In this document: positions 19,410-28,873 of the stretch, piece by piece
How positions within the stretch are numbered: position 1 is the stretch's first letter
How the letters are laid out: the number at the start of each line of letters is the position of its first letter
Translations under genes and position numbers: made by a program
The notes under the pieces: model-generated
Databases searched by the model: none
The model's input: only the letters and a program-made list of their open reading frames with translations
Told to the model about the DNA's origin: nothing
IMG/VR virus record: IMGVR_UViG_3300049138_000107
Location: 1-40,413 of that record
DNA: 40,413 nt
Source of the DNA: a virus
Taxonomy: Duplodnaviria; Caudoviricetes
Reading direction: 5' to 3' (one strand)

Positions 19410-20588
19410 ATGTCGGCAGCACGCAAAAACAGGAAACTCGAAAAGCAGATCGCCGGGATCGTCGACGACGTGATCGTGTCCAGGTTCGGGCACTTCCTCG
19501 ACGATCTGACCTTCAGGATCGGCCAGGCATACGACGTCGCCGGGCGGGCCGCCGGGAGCAGCTCCGGCAAGGTTTACGCCGAGGACCTGAACCTTCTCAA
19601 CCGGCACCAGATGACCGGCTACGCCGTGGCGAACAACACGCCGAGCGCCGGGTCCGTGGCCTGGACTGACGTCAACATCGTCTACGCGGGCCAGAAGTAC
19701 ACGCTGACCAACGGCAACACCTCGAACAAATACCTTTACTGGTCGCCGACCACGACGCCGACGACGATGCTGACCTCGAACACTAAGCCGACCCTGGCGC
19801 CGGGCGAGGTGCTGCTGTTCACGAACAACGCCGGAACGCACACCGTGATGCTTTCGGACACGAACCAATCCCTGCCGCAGCTCGTCTCGAACAACGCCGT
19901 CGACCGCGGAGCGATCCTGGCCAACGCTGTCGGCACCGTCGAAATTGAGAACGGCGCGGTCACGAAAGACATCCTCGGCGCCGGAGCAGTAGTCGCCGGG
20001 AAGGTCGCGGCCGGAGCGATCAACGCCCAGGACCAGATCGCCTCGGGCATGGTTTCCTCCACGGCCCTCGCGGGCGGCGCCGTCGTCGCGGGCAAGATCG
20101 CCAGCGGCGCGATCAACAACTCCAACGTCTTCCAGGCCGGAATCGTCAACACCGCAGCCATCGGAGACAACCAAATCCTGGCCGCCAAGATCGCGTCCGG
20201 GCAGGTCACCGCTGGCAAGCTCGGCACCGGAGCGATCAACAGCTCAACAAACTTCGCCGCCGACGTCGTCGACACCGCCGCGATCAAGCCCGGCAACGTG
20301 ACCTCCGCCTCGCTCGGCACCGGCGCGGTCACGGCCGGGAAGATCGGCACCGGAGCGATCAACGCCTCAACCCTGTTCACGGCCAACGTGGTCGACACCG
20401 CCGCGATCAAGGGCGGCGCCGTCACTTCGACCGAGCTCGGACCGAACGCCGTGATCGCCGGGAAGGTCGCCGCCGGAGCGATCAACAGCGCAGGCATCCT
20501 CGCGGCCGGGGTGGTCGGCACCGCAGCGATCGAGCCCGGAGCAGTGGATGCGCAGCGCCTGAACGTGATGAAGCACTTCATCTTCTAG
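19410..20588 (+). CDS. Tail fibre-like protein with Gly/Ala-rich repeats
   Basis: Repeated GAVVAGKIAAGAIN / VVDTAAIK units. Confidence 0.7.
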   Translation: MSAARKNRKLEKQIAGIVDDVIVSRFGHFLDDLTFRIGQAYDVAGRAAGSSSGKVYAEDLNLLNRHQMTGYAVANNTPSAGSVAWTDVNIVYAGQKYTLTNGNTSNKYLYWSPTTTPTTMLTSNTKPTLAPGEVLLFTNNAGTHTVMLSDTNQSLPQLVSNNAVDRGAILANAVGTVEIENGAVTKDILGAGAVVAGKVAAGAINAQDQIASGMVSSTALAGGAVVAGKIASGAINNSNVFQAGIVNTAAIGDNQILAAKIASGQVTAGKLGTGAINSSTNFAADVVDTAAIKPGNVTSASLGTGAVTAGKIGTGAINASTLFTANVVDTAAIKGGAVTSTELGPNAVIAGKVAAGAINSAGILAAGVVGTAAIEPGAVDAQRLNVMKHFIF

Positions 20589-20605
20589 CCCGGCGGGAGC
20601 CCCCG

Positions 20606-23600
20606 ATGTCTAACATCCTCACCAGCAACTCGCCCGCGCCCGGATCAATCGCCTGGCGGGAATTCACGCATACCTTCGGCGAGACAAAAACCGTGTTCCC
20701 GGCCGGGAGCACGAACAAGAAACTGGTCTACCGGCGCGGCAGCTCGACGACGCTCACGGCGGCCGACGCGCTGCCCGGCGACTGGAAAGACGACGACGTC
20801 CTGTTCTTTGCGAACCGCGATGGCTTCGCGATCAACGCGACGTCGGCGACCGGCCTGTTTGGTGACCTCATCGTGCCGGGAACGATTATTAGCCAGAACC
20901 TCGCGACCGGCGCGGTCAAGGCGAGTCACATCGACGCCGACGCCGTGACGGCCGACGCGATCGGCGCCGGGCAGATTTACGGCGAGCACATCAGCGCCGG
21001 AGCGATCAGCACCTCGAAGCTTTCGGTCGGCACCGTCTCGGACAACCTGGTGGCGAACGGATCGTTCGAGGACATCGTCGACGGGCAGATCGAAGGCTGG
21101 ACCGCGACGGCCACCTCGAATGGCACGATCACCCCGGTCAGCGGCACCGGCGTCACCGCTTCGGGCGCCGTTGCGATCCGGCTCCAGGCGACCAGCACGG
21201 CGGCGAACCTGCGCATGCGCCAGACCCCGGACAAGTTCATCCCGGTCACGAACATCAGCAACAAGCGCTGGTACTTCTCGGTCCGGGCCGGAGCAGCGGC
21301 GACCACCACGTCAGGCTTCTATTTCCGGGTCCTCTGGATGGATGCCAACAAGGTCCAGCTCACCACCGGCACCACGCAGAACGACATCGCCGGGAACGTC
21401 GGCCTCTCGACCACGTACACCGTGCGTGAGGGCCAGCTCACGCCGCCCGCGGGAGCCAGGTACGCCTGCGTGGAAATCATCGTGACGAACCTGAACGTCG
21501 CGACTTCGATCTTCATCGACGAAGTCAACAGCCAGGAAGTCACGGTCGGCGCCCAGATCCAGGACAGCGGCATCACCACGGCGAAGCTGGCCACCGGCGC
21601 CGTCGTGGCAGACAAGGTCGCCGCCGGAGCGATCACCACCGCCAAGCTCTCGGTCGGCGACTTCACGAATCTGCTCGATAACCCGGACTTCCTCCACGGC
21701 AAAACCAGCTGGTCCGGCTCCGGCGTGGTTGAGGTCCGCGCAGGCGAGCCCAACGTCCTGAAAGTCACGACGGCGGCATCGGGAAACAATGACCAGGGAA
21801 ACGCCTACACACTGATGTTCCCCGCCGAGGGCGAGGAATTCTACGGCGAGATCGAAGTCTTCGGAGCAGCCACGAACGTGGGCGGCGGCGGCCCGAACAT
21901 CCACATGACCGTGCGCCGCAACGACGGAACCAACACCTGGCCCTCATTCCAATCGACGACCCGCGCAGCGGTCCAGGGCCAATGGACGAAACTGTCCGGC
22001 ATCATCACGATCCCAGCCAACGTCGAATGGGCGAAATTCGAACCCGCCGTTTCCTATGCGGCCGACGCCGTCGGGAACGTCTACTACTTCCGCAACCCGC
22101 GGCTGCGCCGGATGGCGGCCGGGCAGCTCATCGTCGACGGAGCGATCCTGGCCCGGCACATCACCGCGAGCGAAAGCATGTGGGCGAAGGTCCTCGGCGC
22201 CCATAAGATCACCGCCAACGAGATCGACACGGTGAGCCTGACCGCCAGCACCGCGTTCATCACCGACCTCGAAGCGAAGATCATCACGGCCACCGCGTTT
22301 CAAGGTAAGACGTTCACCGGCGGAACATTCACCGGCGCCCTGCTCCAGACCGACACCGACCCGAAGCTCGGCGTGAAGGTCGGCGCCGAGGGAATCCAAG
22401 CGTTCGACTCCCGGCCAGCGTTCGTCAGCGAAACCGGGCAGATCACCTCGAACCCCAACTACCAGGCCAGGACGTTCTACGTGGACCCGTCCTCGGGCAA
22501 CGTCTACATCACCGGCACGATGACGGCGACCTCCAAGGTCAAGACCACCGACGGCGCGACGACGACAGACAAGGGCGACGTGACCGTCACGGTCGGCCCC
22601 GATGCGATCCGCGGCGGTCCGATGGGCTCCTTCACGGTCCTCGGCATGCCCGGCATCCGCTGGTCGAATATCAGCAGCACCATGCTGGCCGCGGCCGGGA
22701 TCGGCGGTGACGGCGAGGGGAACCTGGTCCTGGCCTCCGGCGGCGCGGTCAACGACGCACGAAAGAGCCTGCGCCTCACCCCGTGGGGAGCCGAGATGTA
22801 CGGCTCCATCGACCTGATGGAGGGCAACAACCTGTACCTGAACGACGGGCACCTTTGGATGATGGGCTCCGGCAACGCGATCATCGACGGCGGGAAACTG
22901 CTCTTCAACCGGGACCACACCGGCGCCCTCGGATCCAACTGGATCCAATCGAATTTTCCGGTCCGGTTTAGCGGACTCAACACGTCCGCGCTTCAGACCG
23001 TCTACGCCGCGAACTACGAATCGTCCGGGCACGTTCACGTCCTGACCGGAAGCGGCATGGCCCGCCTGGTCGGGAACAACAGCGGCGGCAACAACTGGAT
23101 CTCGCTGCTGCGCGATGACCAGACCGGAGGGCTCGCCGGGCTCCGCCGCTGGTCCGGGAACAATGGCACCGGATTCAACGCGATGCCGGTCTATGACCTG
23201 ACGACGGCCAGCGCAGCCAACGTCAACATTTCCTCCGGCGGCTGGCTCCAACGGTCGACGTCGGCCAGGAAATACAAGCAAGACATTCAGCCCGTCGACC
23301 CGGCGGTCTACGAGGACAACCTGCTGGCCTTGCAGCCGCGGTCCTGGATCGATAAGGGCGAGGCAGCCGCCGTCGCCGAATACAACCGCCGGATCGCGGA
23401 AGGCGAGCCCGTCGTCGACCCGGACACCGGCGAACCGCTGACGGCGGCGCCCTACGAGCTACAGCGGTACTACGGCTACATCGCCGAGGAAGTCCTGGCC
23501 GCCGGGAAGCTCGGCTGGGCGGTCACCCGGCACGACGTGACCGGCGAGGTCGAAGGGCTCGCTTATGACCGGCTGGCCGCCGCCGTCATCCCGATCGTCT

Positions 23601-23716
23601 CCAAATACCGGACCAGGCTGCGCAACCTCGAAACCGCAGCGAACCAGCGCGTGAGCGCTCTCGAAACCAGAGTCACCAATCTGGAAAACCGGCTGAAGGC
23701 AGCCGGGATCCCGTAA
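20606..23716 (+). CDS. Tail fibre/spike with two carbohydrate-binding-like modules and a C-terminal intramolecular chaperone (peptidase S74-like)
   Basis: NLVANGSFE and NLLDNPDF module starts; TSARKYKQDI at about 23258; YGYIAEEV, GLAYDRL; terminal coiled coil. Confidence 0.8.
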   Translation: MSNILTSNSPAPGSIAWREFTHTFGETKTVFPAGSTNKKLVYRRGSSTTLTAADALPGDWKDDDVLFFANRDGFAINATSATGLFGDLIVPGTIISQNLATGAVKASHIDADAVTADAIGAGQIYGEHISAGAISTSKLSVGTVSDNLVANGSFEDIVDGQIEGWTATATSNGTITPVSGTGVTASGAVAIRLQATSTAANLRMRQTPDKFIPVTNISNKRWYFSVRAGAAATTTSGFYFRVLWMDANKVQLTTGTTQNDIAGNVGLSTTYTVREGQLTPPAGARYACVEIIVTNLNVATSIFIDEVNSQEVTVGAQIQDSGITTAKLATGAVVADKVAAGAITTAKLSVGDFTNLLDNPDFLHGKTSWSGSGVVEVRAGEPNVLKVTTAASGNNDQGNAYTLMFPAEGEEFYGEIEVFGAATNVGGGGPNIHMTVRRNDGTNTWPSFQSTTRAAVQGQWTKLSGIITIPANVEWAKFEPAVSYAADAVGNVYYFRNPRLRRMAAGQLIVDGAILARHITASESMWAKVLGAHKITANEIDTVSLTASTAFITDLEAKIITATAFQGKTFTGGTFTGALLQTDTDPKLGVKVGAEGIQAFDSRPAFVSETGQITSNPNYQARTFYVDPSSGNVYITGTMTATSKVKTTDGATTTDKGDVTVTVGPDAIRGGPMGSFTVLGMPGIRWSNISSTMLAAAGIGGDGEGNLVLASGGAVNDARKSLRLTPWGAEMYGSIDLMEGNNLYLNDGHLWMMGSGNAIIDGGKLLFNRDHTGALGSNWIQSNFPVRFSGLNTSALQTVYAANYESSGHVHVLTGSGMARLVGNNSGGNNWISLLRDDQTGGLAGLRRWSGNNGTGFNAMPVYDLTTASAANVNISSGGWLQRSTSARKYKQDIQPVDPAVYEDNLLALQPRSWIDKGEAAAVAEYNRRIAEGEPVVDPDTGEPLTAAPYELQRYYGYIAEEVLAAGKLGWAVTRHDVTGEVEGLAYDRLAAAVIPIVSKYRTRLRNLETAANQRVSALETRVTNLENRLKAAGIP

Positions 23717-23731
23717 CCGAAAGGAACCGCC

Positions 23732-23914
23732 ATGCCCGAACAGAACCAGGCCGAGCGCATCATCAACCGGCAGCTCCAGCAGAACGCCTCGCTGCAATTC
23801 CAGCTCCTGGTCATCCAGGACGAACTCGAACAGGCGCAGGCCGAGAACGAGCAGCTCCGGGCCCAGGTCGCCGAGCTGCAAAACGAGGACCAGGCAGCAA
23901 GGGAACCGGCGTGA
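23732..23914 (+). CDS. Small coiled-coil protein
   Basis: RBS GAAAGGA; Gln/Glu/Leu heptads. Confidence 0.7.
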   Translation: MPEQNQAERIINRQLQQNASLQFQLLVIQDELEQAQAENEQLRAQVAELQNEDQAAREPA

Positions 23915-24219
23915 TCGCGGCCGCAGTGCTCCAGGCGGCAGCCTTCGGATTCGCCCTCGACGCCGTGCGGATCGACCTCGTCGACATCACAGCGAGCGGG
24001 CTGCTGGCCCTCGCAATCCTGCTGCTTTTCTTCGGCAAGCTCCACACGGACAACGCCTACCGGACGCTCGAACGCGCCTACCTGGCCCAAGCGAGCGCCG
24101 CCGAAAAGCTGCGCGACGTCAGCGAGGTCCAGGCGACGACGATCCAAAAGCAACTCATCATCAGCGAGATCGTGTCCCGGACCATCGCCGACCCGCGACT
24201 CAAACCGGAGGACACGTGA
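23911..24219 (+). CDS. Membrane protein of the lysis cassette
   Basis: Hydrophobic SGLLALAILLLFFG segment; GTGA overlap. Confidence 0.65.
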   Translation: MIAAAVLQAAAFGFALDAVRIDLVDITASGLLALAILLLFFGKLHTDNAYRTLERAYLAQASAAEKLRDVSEVQATTIQKQLIISEIVSRTIADPRLKPEDT

Positions 24220-24413
24220 GCCGACTACGCCGCGCCCAAGACGCCGAGCGGGCCGCGATCCGGGCCGAGCTCGAAGCCGAGAAAGACCGGCGCCAGGCCC
24301 GGCAGCTCGCCCGGATCGCCGACCGGGTCGCCGACTACTACGCAAGCCACGCTGACGAATTCACCGAAGCAATCGAAGCCGCAATAGGAGGAAGGAGGAA
24401 CCGCCGTGATTGA
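24216..24413 (+). CDS. Small hypothetical protein
   Basis: Overlaps neighbours on both sides within the operon. Confidence 0.6.
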   Translation: MSRLRRAQDAERAAIRAELEAEKDRRQARQLARIADRVADYYASHADEFTEAIEAAIGGRRNRRD

Positions 24414-24717
24414 CATCATCCTGCCAGCAGCCCTCGCCGCGGCCTGCCTGCTCGTGACGCTTTTCTACGGGATCGGCAGCCCGTGGTGGCGCTCGACGAC
24501 GGGCCAGAGCCTGCTCGCGATGCTCGCCTCGATGACCCTCGTCACCGTGCTGACCGTCCTGGCCCGGCTCGGCATTTACGGCAACGCCTACGGCCGGACC
24601 GCGATCGTCCTGATGACCTGCGCCGTCCTCGGCGTCGGCCTCAACATGGCCGTCCTGCAATACGAAGGACGGAAACGGAACCGGCGGCAGCGGCGCCGGG
24701 CGCCGAGGGAGGACTGA
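24406..24717 (+). CDS. Three-TM membrane protein, holin-like
   Basis: Three hydrophobic helices, PWWRS motif, basic C-terminal tail; directly before the endolysin. Confidence 0.65.
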   Translation: MIDIILPAALAAACLLVTLFYGIGSPWWRSTTGQSLLAMLASMTLVTVLTVLARLGIYGNAYGRTAIVLMTCAVLGVGLNMAVLQYEGRKRNRRQRRRAPRED

Positions 24718-24720
24718 CCA

Positions 24721-25770
24721 ATGGCCACCGGATACTACCTGCTCGACCGCACAAACCGCGTCCTTCAATACACGTACCCGCGCCGCGGCGGTTTCAAACC
24801 GTCCGGCACGATTATCGTCCACACCGCCGAAAACGCGATGGACCTCAGCGGCCCGGATGACAGCGCCGAGAACGTCGCCGCCAACATTGCGAACCGCAGC
24901 GATTACGGGTCCTACCACCGGCTGGTGGACGCCGATTCGATCGTGAAGCTGGCCCCGTTTTGGTACGAGACGTGGCAGGACTCCGAGACAAACAACTGGG
25001 CCATCGGGATCAGCGCCGCGGTCCAGGCCGCCCGCTGGCTCGACATCGAATCCGCCCGGCGCGACCGGATCTACCGGAACCTTGCCAGGGCGGCGGCCGA
25101 AGCCGTGACATGGCTCAAGGGCGAGGGCATCGACGTCCCGATCAAGCGGATCACCGGCGCCCAGGCGAGGGCCCGGCAGCCAGGATTCTGCGCCCACGGC
25201 GACTCCGGGATAGCCCGCAGCGACCCCGGCCGGGACTTCGACTGGAACCTGTTTTTTTACTACGTGCGCCAGGAGCTCGGCACCGCGACCGTCACGGCGG
25301 CAGCACCGGCGGCGCCCCTGGACCCCTTCGACGAACTCATGGAGCAGATCATGACCTGGTACAAAACGAAAGCGGAATTCGAGGAAGCACTCAGGACCCT
25401 GCCCTGGACGTACCAGGGCCAGAAGCCCGGCGGGAAGAAGGGCGAAAAGGACCCGCGAGACGCCTACAGCTACCTGCGGAATATGCCGTACCTGGTGTGG
25501 GCATGGAAGCTCGCCTCGCGGGCTGCGGGCAGCGCAGGCAAAACCTACCAGGCGGCGAGCTACCTGGTGGTCACGAACGCCAACAGCCACGCCAACAAGA
25601 CGACGCTCGGCAAGGTCGTGACGGCGCTGGCCGGGATCGCTTCGAACACCAAGGCGACCGCCAACGAGCTGCGGCAGCAGCTCCGCGCCGCCTTCAACGG
25701 GCTCGACTTCGACGTCACGGCGACGCTGAAGGAAACCGACGCCGACGCCGGGACCGACCAGGCGAAGTGA
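24721..25770 (+). CDS. Endolysin, N-acetylmuramoyl-L-alanine amidase (Amidase_2-like)
   Basis: IIVHTAE, SYH and AHGD...RSDPG-x-x-FDW zinc-amidase motifs. Confidence 0.88.
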   Translation: MATGYYLLDRTNRVLQYTYPRRGGFKPSGTIIVHTAENAMDLSGPDDSAENVAANIANRSDYGSYHRLVDADSIVKLAPFWYETWQDSETNNWAIGISAAVQAARWLDIESARRDRIYRNLARAAAEAVTWLKGEGIDVPIKRITGAQARARQPGFCAHGDSGIARSDPGRDFDWNLFFYYVRQELGTATVTAAAPAAPLDPFDELMEQIMTWYKTKAEFEEALRTLPWTYQGQKPGGKKGEKDPRDAYSYLRNMPYLVWAWKLASRAAGSAGKTYQAASYLVVTNANSHANKTTLGKVVTALAGIASNTKATANELRQQLRAAFNGLDFDVTATLKETDADAGTDQAK

Positions 25771-25783
25771 AGGGAGCACGATC

Positions 25784-26074
25784 ATGGCAGCGACCCAAAC
25801 GAACTATCCGTGGCGGGCGACCCTGCGAACGGCGGTAGCCTTCGTCGTCGCGGTGGCGGCAGCGATGCCCCTTGTCTACGCCGCCGTGACGCTCCAGGAC
25901 CCGGCGACGGCGACCGGCGCGGCCGCGGTGGTCCTGGCGGTTTCCGGCGCCGTGACCAGGGTGATGGCGGCCCCGGCCGTCGACGCGATCATCCGGCAGT
26001 TCCTGCCCTGGCTGGCCCCTGACCCGGCCAGGACCGCCGACGGCGAGACGGAGCAGCCCGACTACGAAATCTGA
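25784..26074 (+). CDS. Holin (two TM helices)
   Basis: PWRATLRT...VTRVMA-x-P-x-V...PWLA motif typical of actinophage holins. Confidence 0.8.
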   Translation: MAATQTNYPWRATLRTAVAFVVAVAAAMPLVYAAVTLQDPATATGAAAVVLAVSGAVTRVMAAPAVDAIIRQFLPWLAPDPARTADGETEQPDYEI

Positions 26075-26084
26075 GCGCATAGCA

Positions 26085-26120
26085 AAGGGCCCGCATGATC
26101 TCCCCATCACGCGGGCCCTT
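26085..26120. terminator. Intrinsic terminator between the convergent late and accessory operons
   Basis: AAGGGCCCGC...GCGGGCCCTT stem; followed by a short T-rich stretch on both strands. Confidence 0.8.
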
Positions 26121-26134
26121 CATTTGCGAGCATA

Positions 26135-26341
26135 CTACTCGCCTTCGATTTTCACCTTCCGGGCGAAATTCCAGTCATCGATTGTGGACTTGTACCAGGC
26201 GGGCGACCGGCCGATCCTGAAGTCCGGCTCCGGCAGCTTTCCCCGGTAGGACCATTGGCGGAGCAGGTTCTGCGAGACGCCGGTCAAGGCTTCGATCTCC
26301 AGGTACGTGACCAGCTCGACGGGCTGCTTTTTCGCGGCCAT
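26135..26341 (-). CDS. AlpA/MerR-like winged-HTH DNA-binding protein
   Basis: EIEALTGVSQNLLRQW..RGKLPEPD...GRSPAW....IDDW. Confidence 0.8.
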   Translation of the reverse strand: MAAKKQPVELVTYLEIEALTGVSQNLLRQWSYRGKLPEPDFRIGRSPAWYKSTIDDWNFARKVKIEGE

Positions 26342-26344
26342 TGT

Positions 26345-26599
26345 TCAGCCCTCCACGTTTTCGTTGTTCCAGTCCAGGATCCAGGCGTAGGTCCCGTCGA
26401 ACAGCTCGGTCCATTCGGGGCCCTCCGGGCAGGATTCCCAGCCGGAGCTGGCGAGCTCGTCCTCGCCGCAGCCGATCTCCAGGCAGAGGGCCCAGCGGTG
26501 GAGCTCGGCGACGGCGGCCTCGGGCAGGTTGTGACCGGCGACGCGGGTCTGGCAAACAGAATCGTCGACCCAGTCGACGGTGGCGGTGATAGTGAACAT
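26345..26599 (-). CDS. Hypothetical acidic protein
   Basis: RBS GAAAGG before ATG 26599 (MFTITATVDW...). Confidence 0.65.
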   Translation of the reverse strand: MFTITATVDWVDDSVCQTRVAGHNLPEAAVAELHRWALCLEIGCGEDELASSGWESCPEGPEWTELFDGTYAWILDWNNENVEG

Positions 26600-26642
26600 T
26601 AGGTGAACCTTTCGAGTAGAGCGGGAGCGGGAGCGGGAGGTT

Positions 26643-26819
26643 TTAGTCGTCGAGGTCGGTGACCAGGTAGCCGGTGGCGACCCGGCGAACACCGAACGAG
26701 TAGCAGACATCCTCGGCGCAATCCTGGAGGTTCAGAGCTTCGGCGCGAGTGGCGACCAGCAGCTCGCCGTCCTTGCGTACCCGGCGGATCATTTCGGCGA
26801 TTTCGGTGGAGGTTTTCAT
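26643..26819 (-). CDS. Hypothetical 58-aa protein, not in the ORF track (MKTSTEIAEMIRRVRKDG...TDLDD)
   Basis: Hand translation; RBS AAAGGA; lies downstream of a predicted promoter. Confidence 0.7.
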   Translation of the reverse strand: MKTSTEIAEMIRRVRKDGELLVATRAEALNLQDCAEDVCYSFGVRRVATGYLVTDLDD

Positions 26820-26860
26820 TTCGGTTTCCTTTGGTTCGGAGCGGGTCGTGCCTACCCCTA

Positions 26861-26882
26861 AAGTGTAACACGACGTTACGGC
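26861..26882 (-). promoter_or_regulatory. Leftward extended -10 promoter (TGnTACACT) overlapped by a GTAAC-N5-GTTAC palindrome, copy 1
   Basis: 19-bp TGTAACACGACGTTACGGC identical to 27691-27709. Confidence 0.7.
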
Positions 26883-26936
26883 CGGTGGATAATTCAGGAC
26901 GGCCGAAGGGCCCCGCCGGAGCAGGGCCCCTGATCG

Positions 26937-27371
26937 CTAATTGCGCTTAGCGAGGTTCTCAGCGATGCGCGGATCGCCGGGCTGAAATACCGGCTTGTGC
27001 TTGCGGAACACGCCGCTCGACAGGATCGCAAGATAGCCGCCGCAGGCCGGGCAGGTGCTGTAGCGGAGCGGGTCGCCGTTGGCGTCCTTGGTGGCGGCCG
27101 GGACCACGTTAGGGCACTTGGCGGCCGGAGCTTTGCCGCGGATCCAAAGGACCGCCGGATCGACCCGCTCGACCTCGTAGCCTGCGGCTTCCAGGATTTC
27201 CGCGGCGGTCGAAGCGAGCCGAGCCGACTGCCGCTCACCGTCGAAATCGGCCGTCACGCGGACCGGATTCTGGCCGGAGACACGCAGCCCGGCCCGGCGG
27301 CTGCGAGGGCCGGAGTACGGCAGCAGGCCGCCGCGGCGGAGCACTGCCGAGACGGCCGACGCGGTGGTCAC
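26937..27371 (-). CDS. Hypothetical protein with a C-terminal putative zinc ribbon
   Basis: GTGA overlap with the upstream gene; C...CPACGG...H. Confidence 0.6.
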   Translation of the reverse strand: MTTASAVSAVLRRGGLLPYSGPRSRRAGLRVSGQNPVRVTADFDGERQSARLASTAAEILEAAGYEVERVDPAVLWIRGKAPAAKCPNVVPAATKDANGDPLRYSTCPACGGYLAILSSGVFRKHKPVFQPGDPRIAENLAKRN

Positions 27372-27646
27372 AGTGCCCACCCCAGCTCCAGCGAGGTGAA
27401 GCCGCGCTCGATGGCGCCGAAGCCCGGCGTCGCCTCGAAAGCGACCATGAGCCAATTCTTCCCGGCCAGCTCCTCGCCGATGCGGCCGCCTTCGTGGACC
27501 AGCGACAGGACGGCGGCCATGACCTCGGCGCCGGAGCAGTTGGTGAAGAACGGGCGGTCCTCGTGGTCCTTGACCTCGACGTCCATGCTGGCCTGGTTGA
27601 GGACGGTAGCGATGGCCCAAGCCTGGGCCCTGGTGATGGTTTCCAT
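27368..27646 (-). CDS. Hypothetical protein (METITRAQAW...)
   Basis: RBS AAAGGA; leader similar to that of the 26819 gene. Confidence 0.7.
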   Translation of the reverse strand: METITRAQAWAIATVLNQASMDVEVKDHEDRPFFTNCSGAEVMAAVLSLVHEGGRIGEELAGKNWLMVAFEATPGFGAIERGFTSLELGWAL

Positions 27647-27688
27647 TTCGGCGGTTTCCTTTGCGAGCGGAGCGGTTGTTGAGCTCCT

Positions 27689-27709
27689 AATGTAACACGA
27701 CGTTACGGC
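27689..27709 (-). promoter_or_regulatory. Leftward extended -10 promoter (TGnTACATT) with GTAAC-N5-GTTAC palindrome, copy 2
   Basis: Identical 19-mer to 26864-26882, at a similar distance from the start codon. Confidence 0.7.
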
Positions 27710-27813
27710 AAGGACGTAATCGGAGGGCGGCCGTGATCGGAATTTAATAAGCATACTTAATGCCGTTATAGCTGATACGGTAGAAATTTCGCCCGGAACG
27801 ACGGCGAGCCGCC

Positions 27814-27823
27814 CCCATATGGG
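27814..27823. promoter_or_regulatory. Palindromic operator candidate CCCATATGGG, copy 1
   Basis: Perfect palindrome, also at 29791 and 32432; all three copies are intergenic. Confidence 0.65.
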
Positions 27824-27979
27824 TACCAGCGAGTAGCGGATTAAACGTAGACGTTAATTTGCGACACGCAAGCGACACAGAATGCTGTCAAATCCCCGAT
27901 AGTGCGTTACCTTACTTTTTGGGGGGTGGCCCTCCGTGGGCTGCCCACATTTGGGAAACACAACAACGAAGGGCAGCCA

Positions 27980-28873
27980 ATGGAAATCGAAGTCGAGCTC
28001 ATCGAGCCACGCATGGCTGAGGAATACCTCGCCGAAAACCCGCTCAACCGCAACGTCAGCACCCGCGTCGTCACGGCCTACTCGAACGACATGCGGGCCG
28101 GGAACTGGCGCCTGGTCGGCGACCCGATCCGCTTCGACGTAAACGGCAAGCTCCTCGACGGGCAGCACCGGCTCATGGCCTGCGTCAACGCAGGCGTCCC
28201 TTTCGAGTCGGTAGTGATCCGAGGGCTCGACCCGACCGACCGCGCCGTCGTCGACTCGGGCCGCAAGCGAACCGGAGCCAACGTCCTGGAGATGGCCGGG
28301 CTCAAGGGCAACAGCATGGTCATGGCCGCCGTCGCCGCGATGGGCTGCTTTGACGACAAAGGCAAGCTCGTCAGCTCCGTCTCCCGCGTCGAGCAGCCGA
28401 CACACACCGAGCTGCTCGAATGGGCCCAAAAACACGCCCCGGAAATCTCAATCCCGTTTCGGCCAGCGATGCGGATCTACCAGCAGCACCGAGGGAGCTG
28501 CGCCGGATACATTTACGGCGCCTACAAGATCTACGAAGCCGACCCGCACCGCGCCTACAACTTCCTCCAGGATGTAGCCGACCTGGCGACCGGCGGGCGA
28601 GGGGACCCCAAAGCCGCCCTGCTGCGCCGCCTCCAGGTCCTGGGCTCAACCCAGCGAGTCCGCGCCAAATCCGCCCGCACCGTCTATGCCTTCTACACGG
28701 CCTGGAACGCCTACCAGCTCGGCGAGGACCTGTACGTCATCTCCGACCCGGACAAGGGACTGCCCATGCCCAAACCGATCGCCAACATCGACCGGCAGCG
28801 GATCGCCTCCGAGGAAGCACAGCGGCTGTTGCAGGAAGAACTGGAACTGGAAGAACTGGAAAAAGCGCAGTGA
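27980..28873 (+). CDS. ParB/Srx-like DGQHR-motif protein
   Basis: N-x-x-NRNVS...YSNDMRAGNW...PIRFD..GKLLDGQHRL; DSGRKRT. Confidence 0.75.
   Translation: MEIEVELIEPRMAEEYLAENPLNRNVSTRVVTAYSNDMRAGNWRLVGDPIRFDVNGKLLDGQHRLMACVNAGVPFESVVIRGLDPTDRAVVDSGRKRTGANVLEMAGLKGNSMVMAAVAAMGCFDDKGKLVSSVSRVEQPTHTELLEWAQKHAPEISIPFRPAMRIYQQHRGSCAGYIYGAYKIYEADPHRAYNFLQDVADLATGGRGDPKAALLRRLQVLGSTQRVRAKSARTVYAFYTAWNAYQLGEDLYVISDPDKGLPMPKPIANIDRQRIASEEAQRLLQEELELEELEKAQ

Noticed and set aside
19900-23716. Diversity-generating retroelement or invertible tail-fibre cassette
   Set aside because: No reverse transcriptase or invertase, and no adenine-specific TR/VR pair; the repeats are protein-level fibre repeats
27980-28873. 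Dnd phosphorothioation system
   Set aside because: Only a DGQHR motif is present; no dndA/C/D/E-like genes
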